Shown: positions 15,413 through 25,864, counted from the stretch's first letter. The stretch: DNA of 64,000 nt from Thermodesulfovibrionales bacterium (GCA_026417875.1 JAOACK010000006.1:1201-65200), one strand, 5' to 3'. Made by a program: numbers and translations. Notes: generated by a model not told the origin, from the letters alone.

Positions 15413-16498
15413 TTAAGAGACCCTGGCTGCTAGATAATGTCTTTCTGAATGCATTATTTCTTGCCTGTAAAAAGCCTTGAGCTTCAGATAAAGTTCTGAT
15501 AGCTCTTTTTCAGGCTCAGAATCCCAGACAATTCCACAGCCAGTATAATAGGATAATCTATCACTGCTACCTATAGCAGTCCTTATAAGGACAGAGAGGA
15601 CAAAATCTCCATCTGACCTGAGCATACCACCGCAGCCACAGTAATAACTCCTTGGATGTGGCTCAAGACACTCTATCACCTCAACAGCCTTTTTCTTAGG
15701 CGCACCAGTGACAGAGGCAGGCGGAAAGGTTGCCTTTATTATATTAATAAAATCGCTTTTTGTAACTGCCTCCACTGTTGAATGCATCTGAAAAAGGGTA
15801 CGGTATTCGGTAATCTTAAAGAGCTCTGTAACCCTGACGCTTCCGGGTTCGGCAATCATGCCAAGGTCATTTCTCATCATATCAGTAATCATTAGGTTTT
15901 CTGCCCTGTCCTTTTCACTATGAATAAGCTCCCGGGCTGAACTGGCTGTACCCTTGATTGGTTTGCTCCTGATGACCTTTTCCTGCTTTTCAAGAAATAA
16001 CTCCATAGATCCTGAAATTATATAGAAATCTCCTGTATGGAGGTAAAATGAATAGGGAACAGGCTGGTTAAGATGAAAATTGTAGAATAATGATTCAGGA
16101 GCTCCATTAAATTTAAAATCAAATCTATTGGTAAGGTTTATCTGGTAAATTGTACCATCTGAAATCAGTTCCTTAATCTTAATAACCCTCTCCTTAAAAG
16201 CATGATCCTCAAGTGTAAGAGAAAGAAGATTTAAAAAATAAGGTGATATAACAGGCAGGACCTCCTCAGGATCACCTATCTCTATAAGTATTATTGGAGG
16301 TAAAATAGATTTTTTTATCTTCAAATCAAGAAGTTCAGATGTAAGGTCATAGGAAATAATTATAAAATACTCTCTTCCCCTGAAAAGCAGTCTTCTTAAT
16401 TCTTCGAGATCTGTCAAAAAAAATATTTTTTTTGCTCTGAGCCTGTAAAAAGTATCACCACTCTTACCGAGCCACCTTCCGTTAACAATCAGGACCAT
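15413..16498 (-). CDS. pabB: Chorismate-binding enzyme, probably aminodeoxychorismate synthase component I
   Basis: Motifs PGSVRVTELF, TFPPASVTGAPKKKAVEVIECLE and RSYYCGCGGML. It overlaps the downstream class IV aminotransferase-fold gene. Confidence 0.7.
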   Translation of the reverse strand: MVLIVNGRWLGKSGDTFYRLRAKKIFFLTDLEELRRLLFRGREYFIIISYDLTSELLDLKIKKSILPPIILIEIGDPEEVLPVISPYFLNLLSLTLEDHAFKERVIKIKELISDGTIYQINLTNRFDFKFNGAPESLFYNFHLNQPVPYSFYLHTGDFYIISGSMELFLEKQEKVIRSKPIKGTASSARELIHSEKDRAENLMITDMMRNDLGMIAEPGSVRVTELFKITEYRTLFQMHSTVEAVTKSDFINIIKATFPPASVTGAPKKKAVEVIECLEPHPRSYYCGCGGMLRSDGDFVLSVLIRTAIGSSDRLSYYTGCGIVWDSEPEKELSELYLKLKAFYRQEIMHSERHYLAARVS

Positions 16499-17250
16499 TC
16501 CCTGTTCTCCTCCTCAATTATCCTGTTGAACTCATCGATTATTTCATGGGCTACCGGAAATTCAATGTCCATAAAACCTGTAACCGGAACGGCACCGGAT
16601 ATGCTGTTTGTAATTATTAGAAAATCAGCATCCATGAGCTCCTGAATGCCAGCTCTGACCTCTTTTATATCAAATCTCTCCATCAATGCACTCAATGTGG
16701 TTCCCCTGAGAAGCCCGCATTCAATGGCAGGTGTCATGAAAATTCCATCTTTTATTATTATAATATTTGAAGATGAACATTCTGTAACTTCATCTCTTTC
16801 ATTTAATATAACAGCATCATCAAATCCCTCTGTTACTGCCTTTCTCTTTACAAGTATATTGAAAAGATAGTTAATGGTTTTGTGATATACAAGCGGATCT
16901 CTTGAATTCCTTCTGAAAGGAGAGAGTGTGAGCCTAACGTTCTTAAGTCTTCTGTATGGCTTTACAATCACCATAATTTTATAATTATCAGGAAGGACAT
17001 CATATCTGGTATCTCCTGAAGAGAAAAGGCAGAATTTCACATAAAGATCTCTTTTTCCGCCTGTCTCTCTTTCTATTTTTTCAAAAAACTCCTCAAAGGA
17101 TGGACAGGGAATCTTTAAAAAATCTGCTGAATTTCTCAGTCTTCTATAGTGTCTCAGAAGTTTTTCTGTCTTTCCTCTCCAGAGGATGGTCTCGAAGACT
17201 CCTTCTCCATAAAGAAGTGTCCTCCACGGTATGGATGAGAGGTCAATCAT
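16489..17250 (-). CDS. pabC: Aminotransferase class IV fold protein, probably aminodeoxychorismate lyase
   Basis: Size and pattern (…ECSSSNIIIIKDGIFMTPAIECGLLRGTTL…) fit the class IV fold. 10-nt overlap with the pabB-like gene. Confidence 0.6.
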   Translation of the reverse strand: MIDLSSIPWRTLLYGEGVFETILWRGKTEKLLRHYRRLRNSADFLKIPCPSFEEFFEKIERETGGKRDLYVKFCLFSSGDTRYDVLPDNYKIMVIVKPYRRLKNVRLTLSPFRRNSRDPLVYHKTINYLFNILVKRKAVTEGFDDAVILNERDEVTECSSSNIIIIKDGIFMTPAIECGLLRGTTLSALMERFDIKEVRAGIQELMDADFLIITNSISGAVPVTGFMDIEFPVAHEIIDEFNRIIEEENREWS

Positions 17251-17969
17251 CCTGTTGCCATCAGGTCAAGAAGAACAAGCCTCAAGGCCTTAAGCGGATC
17301 TTCCTCGCGCATTATAGCCCTGCCAAGAACAATATAGTCTGCTCCGGCCCTGAACGCCTCTCGCGGTGTTACAGTCCTATTCTGATCATCAGGTGGATTC
17401 CATGACATTCTTATTCCAGGGACAACAACAAGAAAATTTTTGCCGCAGTGATTCTTTATAGTTTCTATTTCCTGACCTGAAGCCACTACACCATCAAGTC
17501 CAGCGTTAAAGGCAAGCCTTGAAAGGTGTTTTACATGGGTACGTATGCTGTGGGGTATGCAGAGCTCGTTTCTTACAGCCTCGGGACTCAAACTCGTAAG
17601 AAGGGTTACACCTATTAACCTTGGCCTCGGAAGATTTTCCTTAAGACAGGTTTCAACGACTGTATCCCTTGTCCGCCTCATCATCTCAAGACCGCCTGAT
17701 GCATGCATGTTTAACATAAAAACTCCCAGTCTTGTAGCTATCTTAGCGGTTCTGCTAACAGTATTTGGGATATCATGAAGCTTTAGGTCAAGAAAGACCT
17801 TTTTGCCTCTCTTTATTATGTTCTGAACAATATCCGGTCCTCCTGCAGCAAATAACTCAAGTCCTACCTTAAATATCTCTATATCCTCTGAAAATCTGTC
17901 GACAAGTTGAAGGGCATATTCTGGCTCATAGGTATCTAGGGCAAGTATTATACGCTCTTTAACCAGCAT
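17247..17969 (-). CDS. pyrF: Orotidine 5'-phosphate decarboxylase
   Basis: FLDLKLHDIPNTV active-site motif; IILALD near the N-terminus; length 240 aa. Confidence 0.9.
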   Translation of the reverse strand: MLVKERIILALDTYEPEYALQLVDRFSEDIEIFKVGLELFAAGGPDIVQNIIKRGKKVFLDLKLHDIPNTVSRTAKIATRLGVFMLNMHASGGLEMMRRTRDTVVETCLKENLPRPRLIGVTLLTSLSPEAVRNELCIPHSIRTHVKHLSRLAFNAGLDGVVASGQEIETIKNHCGKNFLVVVPGIRMSWNPPDDQNRTVTPREAFRAGADYIVLGRAIMREEDPLKALRLVLLDLMATG

Positions 17970-17970
17970 A

Positions 17971-18519
17971 TCAGACCTTTGGAAGTGTTATACCTTTCTG
18001 GGACTGGTACTTACCTGTTTTGTCGGCATAGGATACTTCACAGACTTCTATCCCTTTAAGAAATATGAGCTGTGCAATGCCTTCATTGGCATAAATCTTT
18101 GCTGGAAGAGGTGTTGTATTTGATATCTCAATGGTTACATGCCCTTCCCATTCAGGCTCAAGGGGTGTGACATTGACCACAAGACCGCACCTTGCGTATG
18201 TAGATTTTCCAAGACATATTACTATTACATCCCTCGGAATTCTGAAGTACTCAACAGAGTATCCAAGAACAAAAGAATTGGGAGGTATTATGCAAACATC
18301 ACCTTTGAAGTCAACAAGGCTTCTGGAATCAAAATTCTTTGGATCGACAACTGTGGCATTTATGTTTGTGAATATCTTAAATTCATCAGCTATCCTCATG
18401 TCATAACCGTAAGAGCTTATTCCATAAGAGATTACCCCTTCTCTGACCTGTTCAGGGCTGAAGGGTTCTATCATTCCTTTCTTAGCCATCTCCCTTATCC
18501 ATCTGTCGTTCATAACCAT
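17971..18519 (-). CDS. dcd: dCTP deaminase
   Basis: N-terminus [16 protein letters not shown], then SYGYDMRI and [27 protein letters not shown] 7 nt upstream of ATG 18519. Confidence 0.9.
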   Translation of the reverse strand: MVMNDRWIREMAKKGMIEPFSPEQVREGVISYGISSYGYDMRIADEFKIFTNINATVVDPKNFDSRSLVDFKGDVCIIPPNSFVLGYSVEYFRIPRDVIVICLGKSTYARCGLVVNVTPLEPEWEGHVTIEISNTTPLPAKIYANEGIAQLIFLKGIEVCEVSYADKTGKYQSQKGITLPKV

Positions 18520-18536
18520 GAAGAATCCTCCAAAAG

Positions 18537-20105
18537 CTATTGTTTTATCTTAAGAAGTTTGTATTCAATGCTATCAACAAGGGCCTGCCAGGATGCCTCA
18601 ATTATATTCTCTGATACACCTACCGTACCCCATCTTTCATGCTCATCACCTGATTCAATGAGGACCCTCACCTTAGCTGCGGTTCCTTTTCCTGGCTGTA
18701 GGACCCTGACCTTGTAATCGTGCAGTTTTACATTTTTTAGGGCTGGATAAAATCTCTCAAGCGCCTTTCTGAGAGCATTGTCAAGGGCGTTTACCGGTCC
18801 ATCTCCTGTTGCAGCTGTATGTTCTATATGACCGGCTACTTTAACCATTATGGTTGCCTCGCTGAAGGGTTCACTTCCATCCTTTCTCTTCTCCACTATT
18901 ACCCTGAATCCAAGTAGTTCAAAAAATTTTCTGTAAAGCCCGAGATGCTTTTTCATAAGGAGTTCAAAGGATGCCTCTGCTGCCTCAAACTGGAATCCCT
19001 GATTCTCAAGCTCCTTGAGTGTTGATAGGAGGTCTTTCAATTCAGGTGAATCAGTATTAAGCCTTATGCCGAATTCCTGTGCCTTTCTTATAATATTGCT
19101 CTTTCCTGCCAGGTCACTGAGAAGCACCCTCTGAGAATTTCCAACAAGCTCTGGCCTTATATGTTCATAGGTCTCAGGATTCTTTAGTATGGCACTTACA
19201 TGAACCCCGGCCTTATGAGCAAAAGCGCTGTCTCCAACAAAGGGCTGACGCTTGAAATGTCTCAAATTGGCTATCTCGTTGACAAATCTTGAGACATCCC
19301 TTAGTTTTCTGAGGTTTTCATCAGAAAGACATCTGTAGCCAAGCTTTATCTGGAGATTGGGTATTACGGAGCAGAGATTGGCATTTCCGCACCTTTCACC
19401 AAGTCCGTTTATCGTTCCCTGAACCTGTACTGCTCCTTCCTGAACAGCAATAATTGAGTTGGAGACAGCACAGTCAGAATCATTATGGGCATGAATTCCA
19501 ATAGGTATTTTTATCTCTTTCTTAACAGCCCTTACGATCTCTGCTATCTCACCAGGAAGGCTGCCTCCATTTGTATCGCACAGTATAATCCTGTCTGCTC
19601 CCGCAGATTCTGCTTCCTTAATACATTTAAGAGCATAATCAGGATTCCTCTTATATCCATCAAAGAAATGTTCTGCATCAAAAAATACAAGTGGCACCCT
19701 TTTTTTAAGATAGCTTATTGAATCAAAAATGAGTTTCAGATTCTCATCTAAAGTGCACCTCAGTGCCTCCTTTACATGGAAATCCCAGGTTTTCCCAAAT
19801 ATGGTAATGACCTCAGTGGAAGCCTCAAGAAGCTCCTTCATAAGGGCATCCTCAGATGGTCTGTGCCTTGGTCTGCAGGTACTTCCAAAGGCAACGAGCT
19901 TTGAATTCTTCAATTTAAGCTTCTTTGCCTTTTTGAAAAACTCTGTCTCTCTGGGATTAGAACCGGGCCAGCCACCTTCAATAAAAGGAATTCCGAATTC
20001 ATCAAGCTTCTCAGTAATACGGAGCTTATCTTCTACAGAAAAGGATACATCCTCAGATTGTGCACCGTCTCTGAGAGTTGTATCGTATATCTCAATCCTC
20101 TTCAT
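18537..20105 (-). CDS. cimA: Citramalate synthase / 2-isopropylmalate synthase family enzyme
   Basis: [15 protein letters not shown]-like motif, [13 protein letters not shown], and a C-terminal LeuA-dimer-like regulatory domain. 522 aa, typical for CimA. Confidence 0.8.
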   Translation of the reverse strand: MKRIEIYDTTLRDGAQSEDVSFSVEDKLRITEKLDEFGIPFIEGGWPGSNPRETEFFKKAKKLKLKNSKLVAFGSTCRPRHRPSEDALMKELLEASTEVITIFGKTWDFHVKEALRCTLDENLKLIFDSISYLKKRVPLVFFDAEHFFDGYKRNPDYALKCIKEAESAGADRIILCDTNGGSLPGEIAEIVRAVKKEIKIPIGIHAHNDSDCAVSNSIIAVQEGAVQVQGTINGLGERCGNANLCSVIPNLQIKLGYRCLSDENLRKLRDVSRFVNEIANLRHFKRQPFVGDSAFAHKAGVHVSAILKNPETYEHIRPELVGNSQRVLLSDLAGKSNIIRKAQEFGIRLNTDSPELKDLLSTLKELENQGFQFEAAEASFELLMKKHLGLYRKFFELLGFRVIVEKRKDGSEPFSEATIMVKVAGHIEHTAATGDGPVNALDNALRKALERFYPALKNVKLHDYKVRVLQPGKGTAAKVRVLIESGDEHERWGTVGVSENIIEASWQALVDSIEYKLLKIKQ

Positions 20106-21328
20106 AGGTTCGCTGCCTTTCCTAGCTCAAAGGCTTCATGTAGAACCCTTACAGCAAGCTCTGTATATTTTGCTTCAATAAGACAGGAGACCTTTATTTC
20201 TGATGTACTTATTGCCATTATATTTATACCATGATTTGCTAATGTCTCAAACATCTTTGCCGCTACACCAGAATGTGTTCTCATACCAACTCCCACAATA
20301 GAGACCTTTGCGATATCCTCTCTCATATCAACGCCCTGTGCACCCAGCTCCTTTGCTATACCCTCAGTTATGGCTAGTGCTTTTTTAGCATCTGTTTTGG
20401 GTACGGTAAAGGAAATATCTGCTGCCTTTCCATCACTTGATACATTCTGAACAATCATGTCTACAACTATATTGGCATCTGCTATTGCTTTAAAAAGTTT
20501 TGCTGCAATACCTGGTCTGTCAGGAACAGCCTTAATAGTAATCTTTGATTGATTCTTGTCATAGGCAACGCCTGATACCACAACCTTTTCCATATCTTTA
20601 TCCTCCTTTGTTACAAGTGTCCCAGGATTGTCGTTAAAACTTGACCTAACTACAACAGGCACATTGTATTTCATGGCAAACTCCACAGATCTTGTCTGGA
20701 GCACCTTTGCTCCGAGACTTGCAAGTTCAAGCATCTCTTCATAGGAAATTCTGTCAAGCTTCCTTGCCTCAGGAACTATATTTGGATCAGTTGTGTAAAC
20801 TCCATCAACATCTGTGTATATCTCACAGAGGTCTGCATTGAGTGCAGCAGCAATAGCTACAGCAGTTAGGTCAGAACCACCTCTTCCAAGTGTGGTAACA
20901 TCATCGTTCTCGGTTATCCCTTGGAATCCAGCAACGACCACTATATAACCCTCGTCAAGGGCCTTTTTTGCCCTGTCTGCCTCAATTCTTTCAATCCTTG
21001 CCTTTGTGTGAACCGGCTCTGTTATGATACCCATCTGTCTTCCTGTTAGTGCGATAGCTTTTTTACCTAGCGCCTGGATAGCCATAGCTGTTAGGGCAGT
21101 GGTTATCCTCTCACCGGATGAAAGCAGGAGATCCATCTCTCTATCACTTGGAGAATCAGAGACCTCATGGGCAAGTTTTATGAGCTTGTCTGTCTCACCA
21201 GCCATTGCGGAGACAACCACAACAATCCTGTGTCCCTCATCGGCAGTTCTAACCACTCGCCTGGCCACCGACTTTATCCTTTCAACACTGGCAACAGATG
21301 TTCCGCCATACTTCTGGACAATGAGCAT
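20102..21328 (-). CDS. lysC: Aspartate kinase
   Basis: [12 protein letters not shown] amino-acid-kinase start and two C-terminal ACT repeats. I prefer ATG 21328 (AAGGAG SD 9 nt upstream) over the track GTG 21334, which is only 3 nt from the SD. Confidence 0.92.
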   Translation of the reverse strand: MLIVQKYGGTSVASVERIKSVARRVVRTADEGHRIVVVVSAMAGETDKLIKLAHEVSDSPSDREMDLLLSSGERITTALTAMAIQALGKKAIALTGRQMGIITEPVHTKARIERIEADRAKKALDEGYIVVVAGFQGITENDDVTTLGRGGSDLTAVAIAAALNADLCEIYTDVDGVYTTDPNIVPEARKLDRISYEEMLELASLGAKVLQTRSVEFAMKYNVPVVVRSSFNDNPGTLVTKEDKDMEKVVVSGVAYDKNQSKITIKAVPDRPGIAAKLFKAIADANIVVDMIVQNVSSDGKAADISFTVPKTDAKKALAITEGIAKELGAQGVDMREDIAKVSIVGVGMRTHSGVAAKMFETLANHGINIMAISTSEIKVSCLIEAKYTELAVRVLHEAFELGKAANL

Positions 21329-21468
21329 ATTCACGTTCTCCTTTTAAAAGAGTTTTATCTATTTTACAATAAATTAATCCAGATAGATAAACACCTTAAG
21401 CCATCCCTTGCCTAATTGTGTTAAGAGGAGGATGTAAAAAGTTTATAATTCCGAAAAGGATAAAAATC

Positions 21469-21678
21469 TTAAATCAAGATAATTCCATAATAGTAGCAGC
21501 AGAGCTCGTTATCGAGGTCATTTATGAAAGTCCGCTCTATACCATCTTCAAAAATGATTCTAACAAAGCAGAATCCACCTTCGAGAATAGAATGTCTTTC
21601 TTCAATGACCTCTCCGACACCCCATTCATGATTCTTTCTGTGTCTTACCCTGTCTCCAACTCTAAGGTACAGTCTCAA
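21469..21678 (-). CDS. Small DUF3553-like protein (stand-alone Tudor-like domain related to the PcrA/UvrD C-terminus)
   Basis: GDRVRHRKNHEWGVGEV resembles GCRVRHPKWGIGVV at the C-terminus of the PcrA gene in this window. TTG start with GGAGG SD 5 nt upstream. Confidence 0.6.
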   Translation of the reverse strand: MRLYLRVGDRVRHRKNHEWGVGEVIEERHSILEGGFCFVRIIFEDGIERTFINDLDNELCCYYYGIILI

Positions 21679-21811
21679 ATAATCCTCCTTCTTAAAAATA
21701 CCATAACAGAGAGACTAAACGCTATACCTGAAAATGGAGCAATATGTTCTTGAGTTTAGAGCATCCCTTTAGATTAGAATTATGGATATCAAACTTTTGA
21801 AACCGAAAGCT

Positions 21812-24172
21812 TCAGATATATGAGATCCTGTCTTTTTTCTTTCTATCAGAATCAGGAGAGGAAGGCTTTTCCTGGAAAGGATTTTTTCTGGTAGTTCTTT
21901 TTAAGCTTTCTATTCTCTTTGATACATCCCTGAAGGAAGAATCTATACCGTAAACTTCCATGAATAAATCATAGGCCTTTTCAGTATCACCATCCTTCTC
22001 ATAAACATCAGCAAGCTCGTATTTCATGGCAAGATATTCCTCTGCCTTTCTGTCAAGCCCTCTTAAAGCCTCCTCAAGGGTCTCTATTGCAAGTTTATTG
22101 AAACCTTTCTCTTTATAACAAAGGGCAAGCATGCTCATGGATGGTATGAACCGTGCAGGATCTCTCCTTGAAAGCTGAAATTCTTTTATTGCATCATCTA
22201 TAAAACCCATCTCCTTATAGGCAATACCAAGATTGTAATGAGTCTCAGAATCCTCTTCCTTAACCTGAGCCTCGAGACCCTTTTTAAACTCTTCAAATAT
22301 ATCCATTACTGAATCTGTAAGCTCTGGTTCTTTCTCTTCAATAATTTCTTCTGGTAATAAAGCCTCTGTCAGATTTATAAGCTCGGGCTCAAGCTCTTGA
22401 GAAAGGGATGGTGCAGAAATAGAAGACTCTTCCTTAATCCCGGGCTTAAAAGAGCTCTGCATCCTGAGGAGACTTTCAATCTTTTCCGCAATTTCCTCAT
22501 CTTCCGGAAAAATGTTCTGCAGTTTTCTGTAAAGCTTAAGAGCTTCATCCATTAGACCCTGTTTTTCATAAAACTCTGCCTCAGTGAAGGCTTCGATATA
22601 TTCATCCCTTAAAGGCTTTTCTCTTTCTACTCTTTCAGCAAGACTTTCTTTAGAAATCTCTTCTTCCAGCTCCGGACTTCCTGTTCCGATAGACTCTGTG
22701 AATACCACCAGTCTTGGATCATCAGGATTAATAGAAAGGGCCTCTCTCCTGTATTCCTCTGCCTCATCCATCATACCCTGCCTTCTATATATCTCACTTA
22801 GGGCAAGACATTCTGTTACAGCCATTTCTCTATCACCGATCTCTATGTAAAGCTGTTTGAGTTTCAGATGCACCTCAGGTTCCTGAGGATACTGAACTTT
22901 AAGTGCCTCCAGCCTCTTTCTTGCCTCTTCATATACTCCAAATTTAAGGTATATATCAGCCTCCTGAAGAAGTTCTTCAAAACCCTTCTCTTCTGTCCTG
23001 ACTTTAATAACCTCAACCTCCTCTGAAGGTGTCTCAATCTCAAGTAGTTTTGTCCTTACATAAGGATCATCGGGCCTGATGGTCTGGGCCTCTCTATAAC
23101 AATTTAAAGCCTCCGCAGTCATGCCAGAACTTAAATAAAAATCACCAAGATTTACAAGCTCCTCAAAGGCTTTATCAATATTTCCTGTGTCTCTGTATAT
23201 AACAATTAATTTTCTCGTGCATTCTGCTGGCTCTATATCTTTAAGTTCTTCAAGAATTGATATTATTCCATTTCTGTCAAAAGAGATTATCTGGTCAAGT
23301 GATGGATATATGAGATTCCATGCCTCTTCCTTGCGGTCCTGTTTAAGATAAAGATTTGCCAGATACTTTTTCGCAATAACATTTGAAGGATCAAGTTCTA
23401 TAAGCTTCTTCAGTTCACCTTCGGCTAATGATACATTGCCACCTTCTACAAGGACATTCACATACTGGGTGAGAAGATTCACATCATCAGGTGAGGTTTC
23501 AAGCAACCTCTTCAGGGTTTCAATCGCACCACGGTAATTACCCTGTTTCTGGTAAATCTCTGAAAGACCGAGATTTGCACCTCTCTCAGAAGGATTAATG
23601 GATATTGCTTTCTCATAATAATCCCTTGCTTTGTTAAGATCACCTGAATCCTGATAAAGCCTTCCTATTACACTGTACTGCTTCGCTGCCTCACCAGATA
23701 GACCCTCTTTATAAAAAAGGTCGGCCACCTTTATCCTCATCTGAAGATTGGAGGGGGAGAGGTTAAGAATTCTCTGATAAACATTAGCAAGCTCATCTCT
23801 CTTTTTTTCCCTGGCGAGCATATCAGCAGCAACTAGATAATACTTAATTGCCTCCGGCGTTAAACCCTTTTCCTCGCTCAGCTCACCAAGGGCGATGGTA
23901 GCCCTGTAATCGGAAGGATTTAGATTGAGTAATTTTTTATAAATTGCTTTAGCCTTATCGTAAAAACCCTGATCTCTGTATATTCTGGCACCGCGATGGT
24001 ATATATCGACTGCTTTTCTTGTATCTCCTTTTTTGAGATAAAGATCTCCGAGCATATTGTAGATATTACCATCTTCTAAATCCAGCAGCTTTTCAAACTC
24101 AGAGATGGCTTTATCTATCTGGCCTTTCGCTAGATGTCTCTGCGCTTCCTTTATAATACCTGATTTATCCAT
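21812..24172 (-). CDS. Large tetratricopeptide-repeat (TPR) protein
   Basis: Repeated 34-residue A/Y/G patterns throughout (e.g. LGDLYLKKGDTRKAVDIYHRGARIY, AKAIYKKLLNLNPSD). Confidence 0.85.
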   Translation of the reverse strand: MDKSGIIKEAQRHLAKGQIDKAISEFEKLLDLEDGNIYNMLGDLYLKKGDTRKAVDIYHRGARIYRDQGFYDKAKAIYKKLLNLNPSDYRATIALGELSEEKGLTPEAIKYYLVAADMLAREKKRDELANVYQRILNLSPSNLQMRIKVADLFYKEGLSGEAAKQYSVIGRLYQDSGDLNKARDYYEKAISINPSERGANLGLSEIYQKQGNYRGAIETLKRLLETSPDDVNLLTQYVNVLVEGGNVSLAEGELKKLIELDPSNVIAKKYLANLYLKQDRKEEAWNLIYPSLDQIISFDRNGIISILEELKDIEPAECTRKLIVIYRDTGNIDKAFEELVNLGDFYLSSGMTAEALNCYREAQTIRPDDPYVRTKLLEIETPSEEVEVIKVRTEEKGFEELLQEADIYLKFGVYEEARKRLEALKVQYPQEPEVHLKLKQLYIEIGDREMAVTECLALSEIYRRQGMMDEAEEYRREALSINPDDPRLVVFTESIGTGSPELEEEISKESLAERVEREKPLRDEYIEAFTEAEFYEKQGLMDEALKLYRKLQNIFPEDEEIAEKIESLLRMQSSFKPGIKEESSISAPSLSQELEPELINLTEALLPEEIIEEKEPELTDSVMDIFEEFKKGLEAQVKEEDSETHYNLGIAYKEMGFIDDAIKEFQLSRRDPARFIPSMSMLALCYKEKGFNKLAIETLEEALRGLDRKAEEYLAMKYELADVYEKDGDTEKAYDLFMEVYGIDSSFRDVSKRIESLKRTTRKNPFQEKPSSPDSDRKKKDRISYI

Positions 24173-24177
24173 TTTTT

Positions 24178-24183
24178 ATAATA
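24178..24183 (-). promoter_or_regulatory. Candidate -10 hexamer (TATTAT) for the TPR gene, leaderless geometry
   Basis: The hexamer ends 6 nt before ATG 24172. No SD. Confidence 0.3.
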
Positions 24184-24240
24184 TATCACATATGCGATCA
24201 TTCTTAAAAGTGCTTCTTGAAAGTTTTATATCTTAATCTG

Positions 24241-24246
24241 CATAAT
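24241..24246 (+). promoter_or_regulatory. Candidate -10 hexamer (CATAAT) for the GAF-GAF gene, leaderless geometry
   Basis: The hexamer ends 6 nt before ATG 24252. TTGAAA at 24216-24221 is a possible -35 (19-nt spacer). No SD. Confidence 0.3.
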
Positions 24247-24251
24247 TAATT

Positions 24252-25790
24252 ATGATAAAGAAGTTACCAGACTTTCTTCCAGAAGGGCTCTATTTTATTG
24301 ATGACGATCTTAGGATAAGATACGCAAATCCTGAGTTTGAAAGGCTAACCGGTTCAAAAAATGTAGTTGGAAAAGAGCTTAAAAGTGATCTAATTAGATA
24401 TCAGGATGAGGCGGGTCACGCCCTGGAACTCTATGAGTTTCCAGCCTTCCTATGCTACCAGACTAAAAAAGAGGTAAGAAAAAATCTTTACATTATATCA
24501 GCTGGTGAAAGGATTCCTGTGGAGGAGAGGTGCAGACCAGTTTTTAAGGGTGAAAAATTAAGGGGTGTACTTTCTATAATAAAAGATCTCAATCAGGTGG
24601 TATCAGTAATTGAAAAAAATCTCTCAGAAAAAAGGCGCCAGAGCCTTATTCCCATCTGTGCATGGTGCAAGAAGGTAAGAACAGGCGATGATTTCTGGGA
24701 AAGCATAGAAAGTTATCTCATAAACTCAGGAGCAGGTAACATCACCCATGGTATTTGCCCTGATTGTGCAGAAAAGATATTTGAAAAAAAGGTCTACCTT
24801 GAAAGCTATCAGGATATATGCAGGGCAATAAGCAGCAGTCTCTCACTTAAGGAAGTCCTAAATCTAATAGTTACAAATGTTGTGAAGGTTCTAAAAGTAA
24901 AGGCCTGCATGCTAAGGCTTCTCAATAAGGAGACCAATAGACTTGAGGTGGCAGCACATTATGGATTGTCTGAAAAGTACATAAATAAAGGTCCGGTGGA
25001 TTTTGACCAGACCATAAAGGAGTCGTTACAGGGTAAAACAATATCAATTTATGATATCACTCGCGATGAACAGGCAAGATACAGAAAAGAGGCAGAGCAA
25101 GAGGGTATAAAAAGCATTATCTCTGTTCCAGTAAAAGCCGGTAAGGAGATTCTTGGTGTACTGAGACTTTATACCTCAGAACCTGTACTATATCTAGAGG
25201 AAGATCTGAGATTCATACCGGCTATTGCCGTACAGGCATCTATTGCAATAGTAAATGCCAGGACTTTTGAACTTTCCCTTACTAAGGCGAAGGAATATCT
25301 GAGGGTATTTGAAGAGGTCACAAAGGCTGTAACATCAAAGCTAGAACTCCAGGATGTTCTCGATACAATTGTTAAAAAATTACCAGCTGTAATGGGTCTA
25401 AGGGCCGCAACGATAAGACTCTTAACTGAAGATGGCTCAAAACTAATACTTGTTGCATCTCATGGATTAAGCAGAAGGTATCTTGAACGAGGTCCTGTAG
25501 ACCTTGAAGAAAATGTAAAAGAAGCACTTCAAGCAAAACCTGTTGCGATATCCGATGTCACGGTTGATCCAAGGGTAAAATATCAAAAAGAAGCTGAAGA
25601 GGAGGGGATAAAAAGCATGCTAACACTACCAATCATTGCCAGGGGCAAGGTTATAGGTATTCTCAGACTTCTGACAGATGTTCAGAGGCAGTTCTCTGAA
25701 GAAGAGATAAATTTTGCTGCATCTCTTGCAGAGGTATGCGGAATTGCTATTGATAATGCAAGGTTTTACAATAAAAAACCTTTACTTTAA
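24252..25790 (+). CDS. Signal-sensing protein: PAS-like N-terminus, Cys4 module, two GAF domains, no recognisable output domain
   Basis: CAWCKKVRTGDDFWESIESYLINSGAGNITHGICPDC (nt 24657-24767). Two GAF-like repeats each end in GIKS(I/M)…P(V/I)…G(K)…(L/I)GVLRLYT / GILRLLT. Confidence 0.8.
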   Translation: MIKKLPDFLPEGLYFIDDDLRIRYANPEFERLTGSKNVVGKELKSDLIRYQDEAGHALELYEFPAFLCYQTKKEVRKNLYIISAGERIPVEERCRPVFKGEKLRGVLSIIKDLNQVVSVIEKNLSEKRRQSLIPICAWCKKVRTGDDFWESIESYLINSGAGNITHGICPDCAEKIFEKKVYLESYQDICRAISSSLSLKEVLNLIVTNVVKVLKVKACMLRLLNKETNRLEVAAHYGLSEKYINKGPVDFDQTIKESLQGKTISIYDITRDEQARYRKEAEQEGIKSIISVPVKAGKEILGVLRLYTSEPVLYLEEDLRFIPAIAVQASIAIVNARTFELSLTKAKEYLRVFEEVTKAVTSKLELQDVLDTIVKKLPAVMGLRAATIRLLTEDGSKLILVASHGLSRRYLERGPVDLEENVKEALQAKPVAISDVTVDPRVKYQKEAEEEGIKSMLTLPIIARGKVIGILRLLTDVQRQFSEEEINFAASLAEVCGIAIDNARFYNKKPLL

Positions 25791-25848
25791 GAGAAGTGAC
25801 TTAACAACAGGTAAAATACCGCTACTGTTCTCTTTGATCACTTCATTC

Positions 25849-25864
25849 TGGCATAATTAATGCT
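25849..25864 (+). promoter_or_regulatory. Weak sigma-54 (-24/-12)-like element TGGCATAATTAATGCT
   Basis: The GG (25850-51) to GC (25862-63) spacing equals that of the consensus TGGCAC-N5-TTGCW. It lies 93 nt upstream of the cytochrome ATG. No enhancer-binding protein gene is adjacent. Confidence 0.25.

Noticed and set aside
18139-18717. 192-aa plus-strand ORF spanning the dcd/cimA junction
   Set aside because: It lies antisense to two genes with clear homology, crosses their intergenic gap, and has low-complexity, unconvincing sequence.
21335-21468. Possible lysine riboswitch (L-box) upstream of lysC
   Set aside because: The spacer is only 134 nt, and I could not find the conserved L-box helices or motifs. 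Only a simple AT-rich inverted repeat is present.
21418-21753. 111-aa plus-strand ORF overlapping the DUF3553-like gene
   Set aside because: The minus-strand 69-aa ORF has a strong GGAGG SD and a motif shared with the PcrA C-terminus. The plus-strand ORF has neither.
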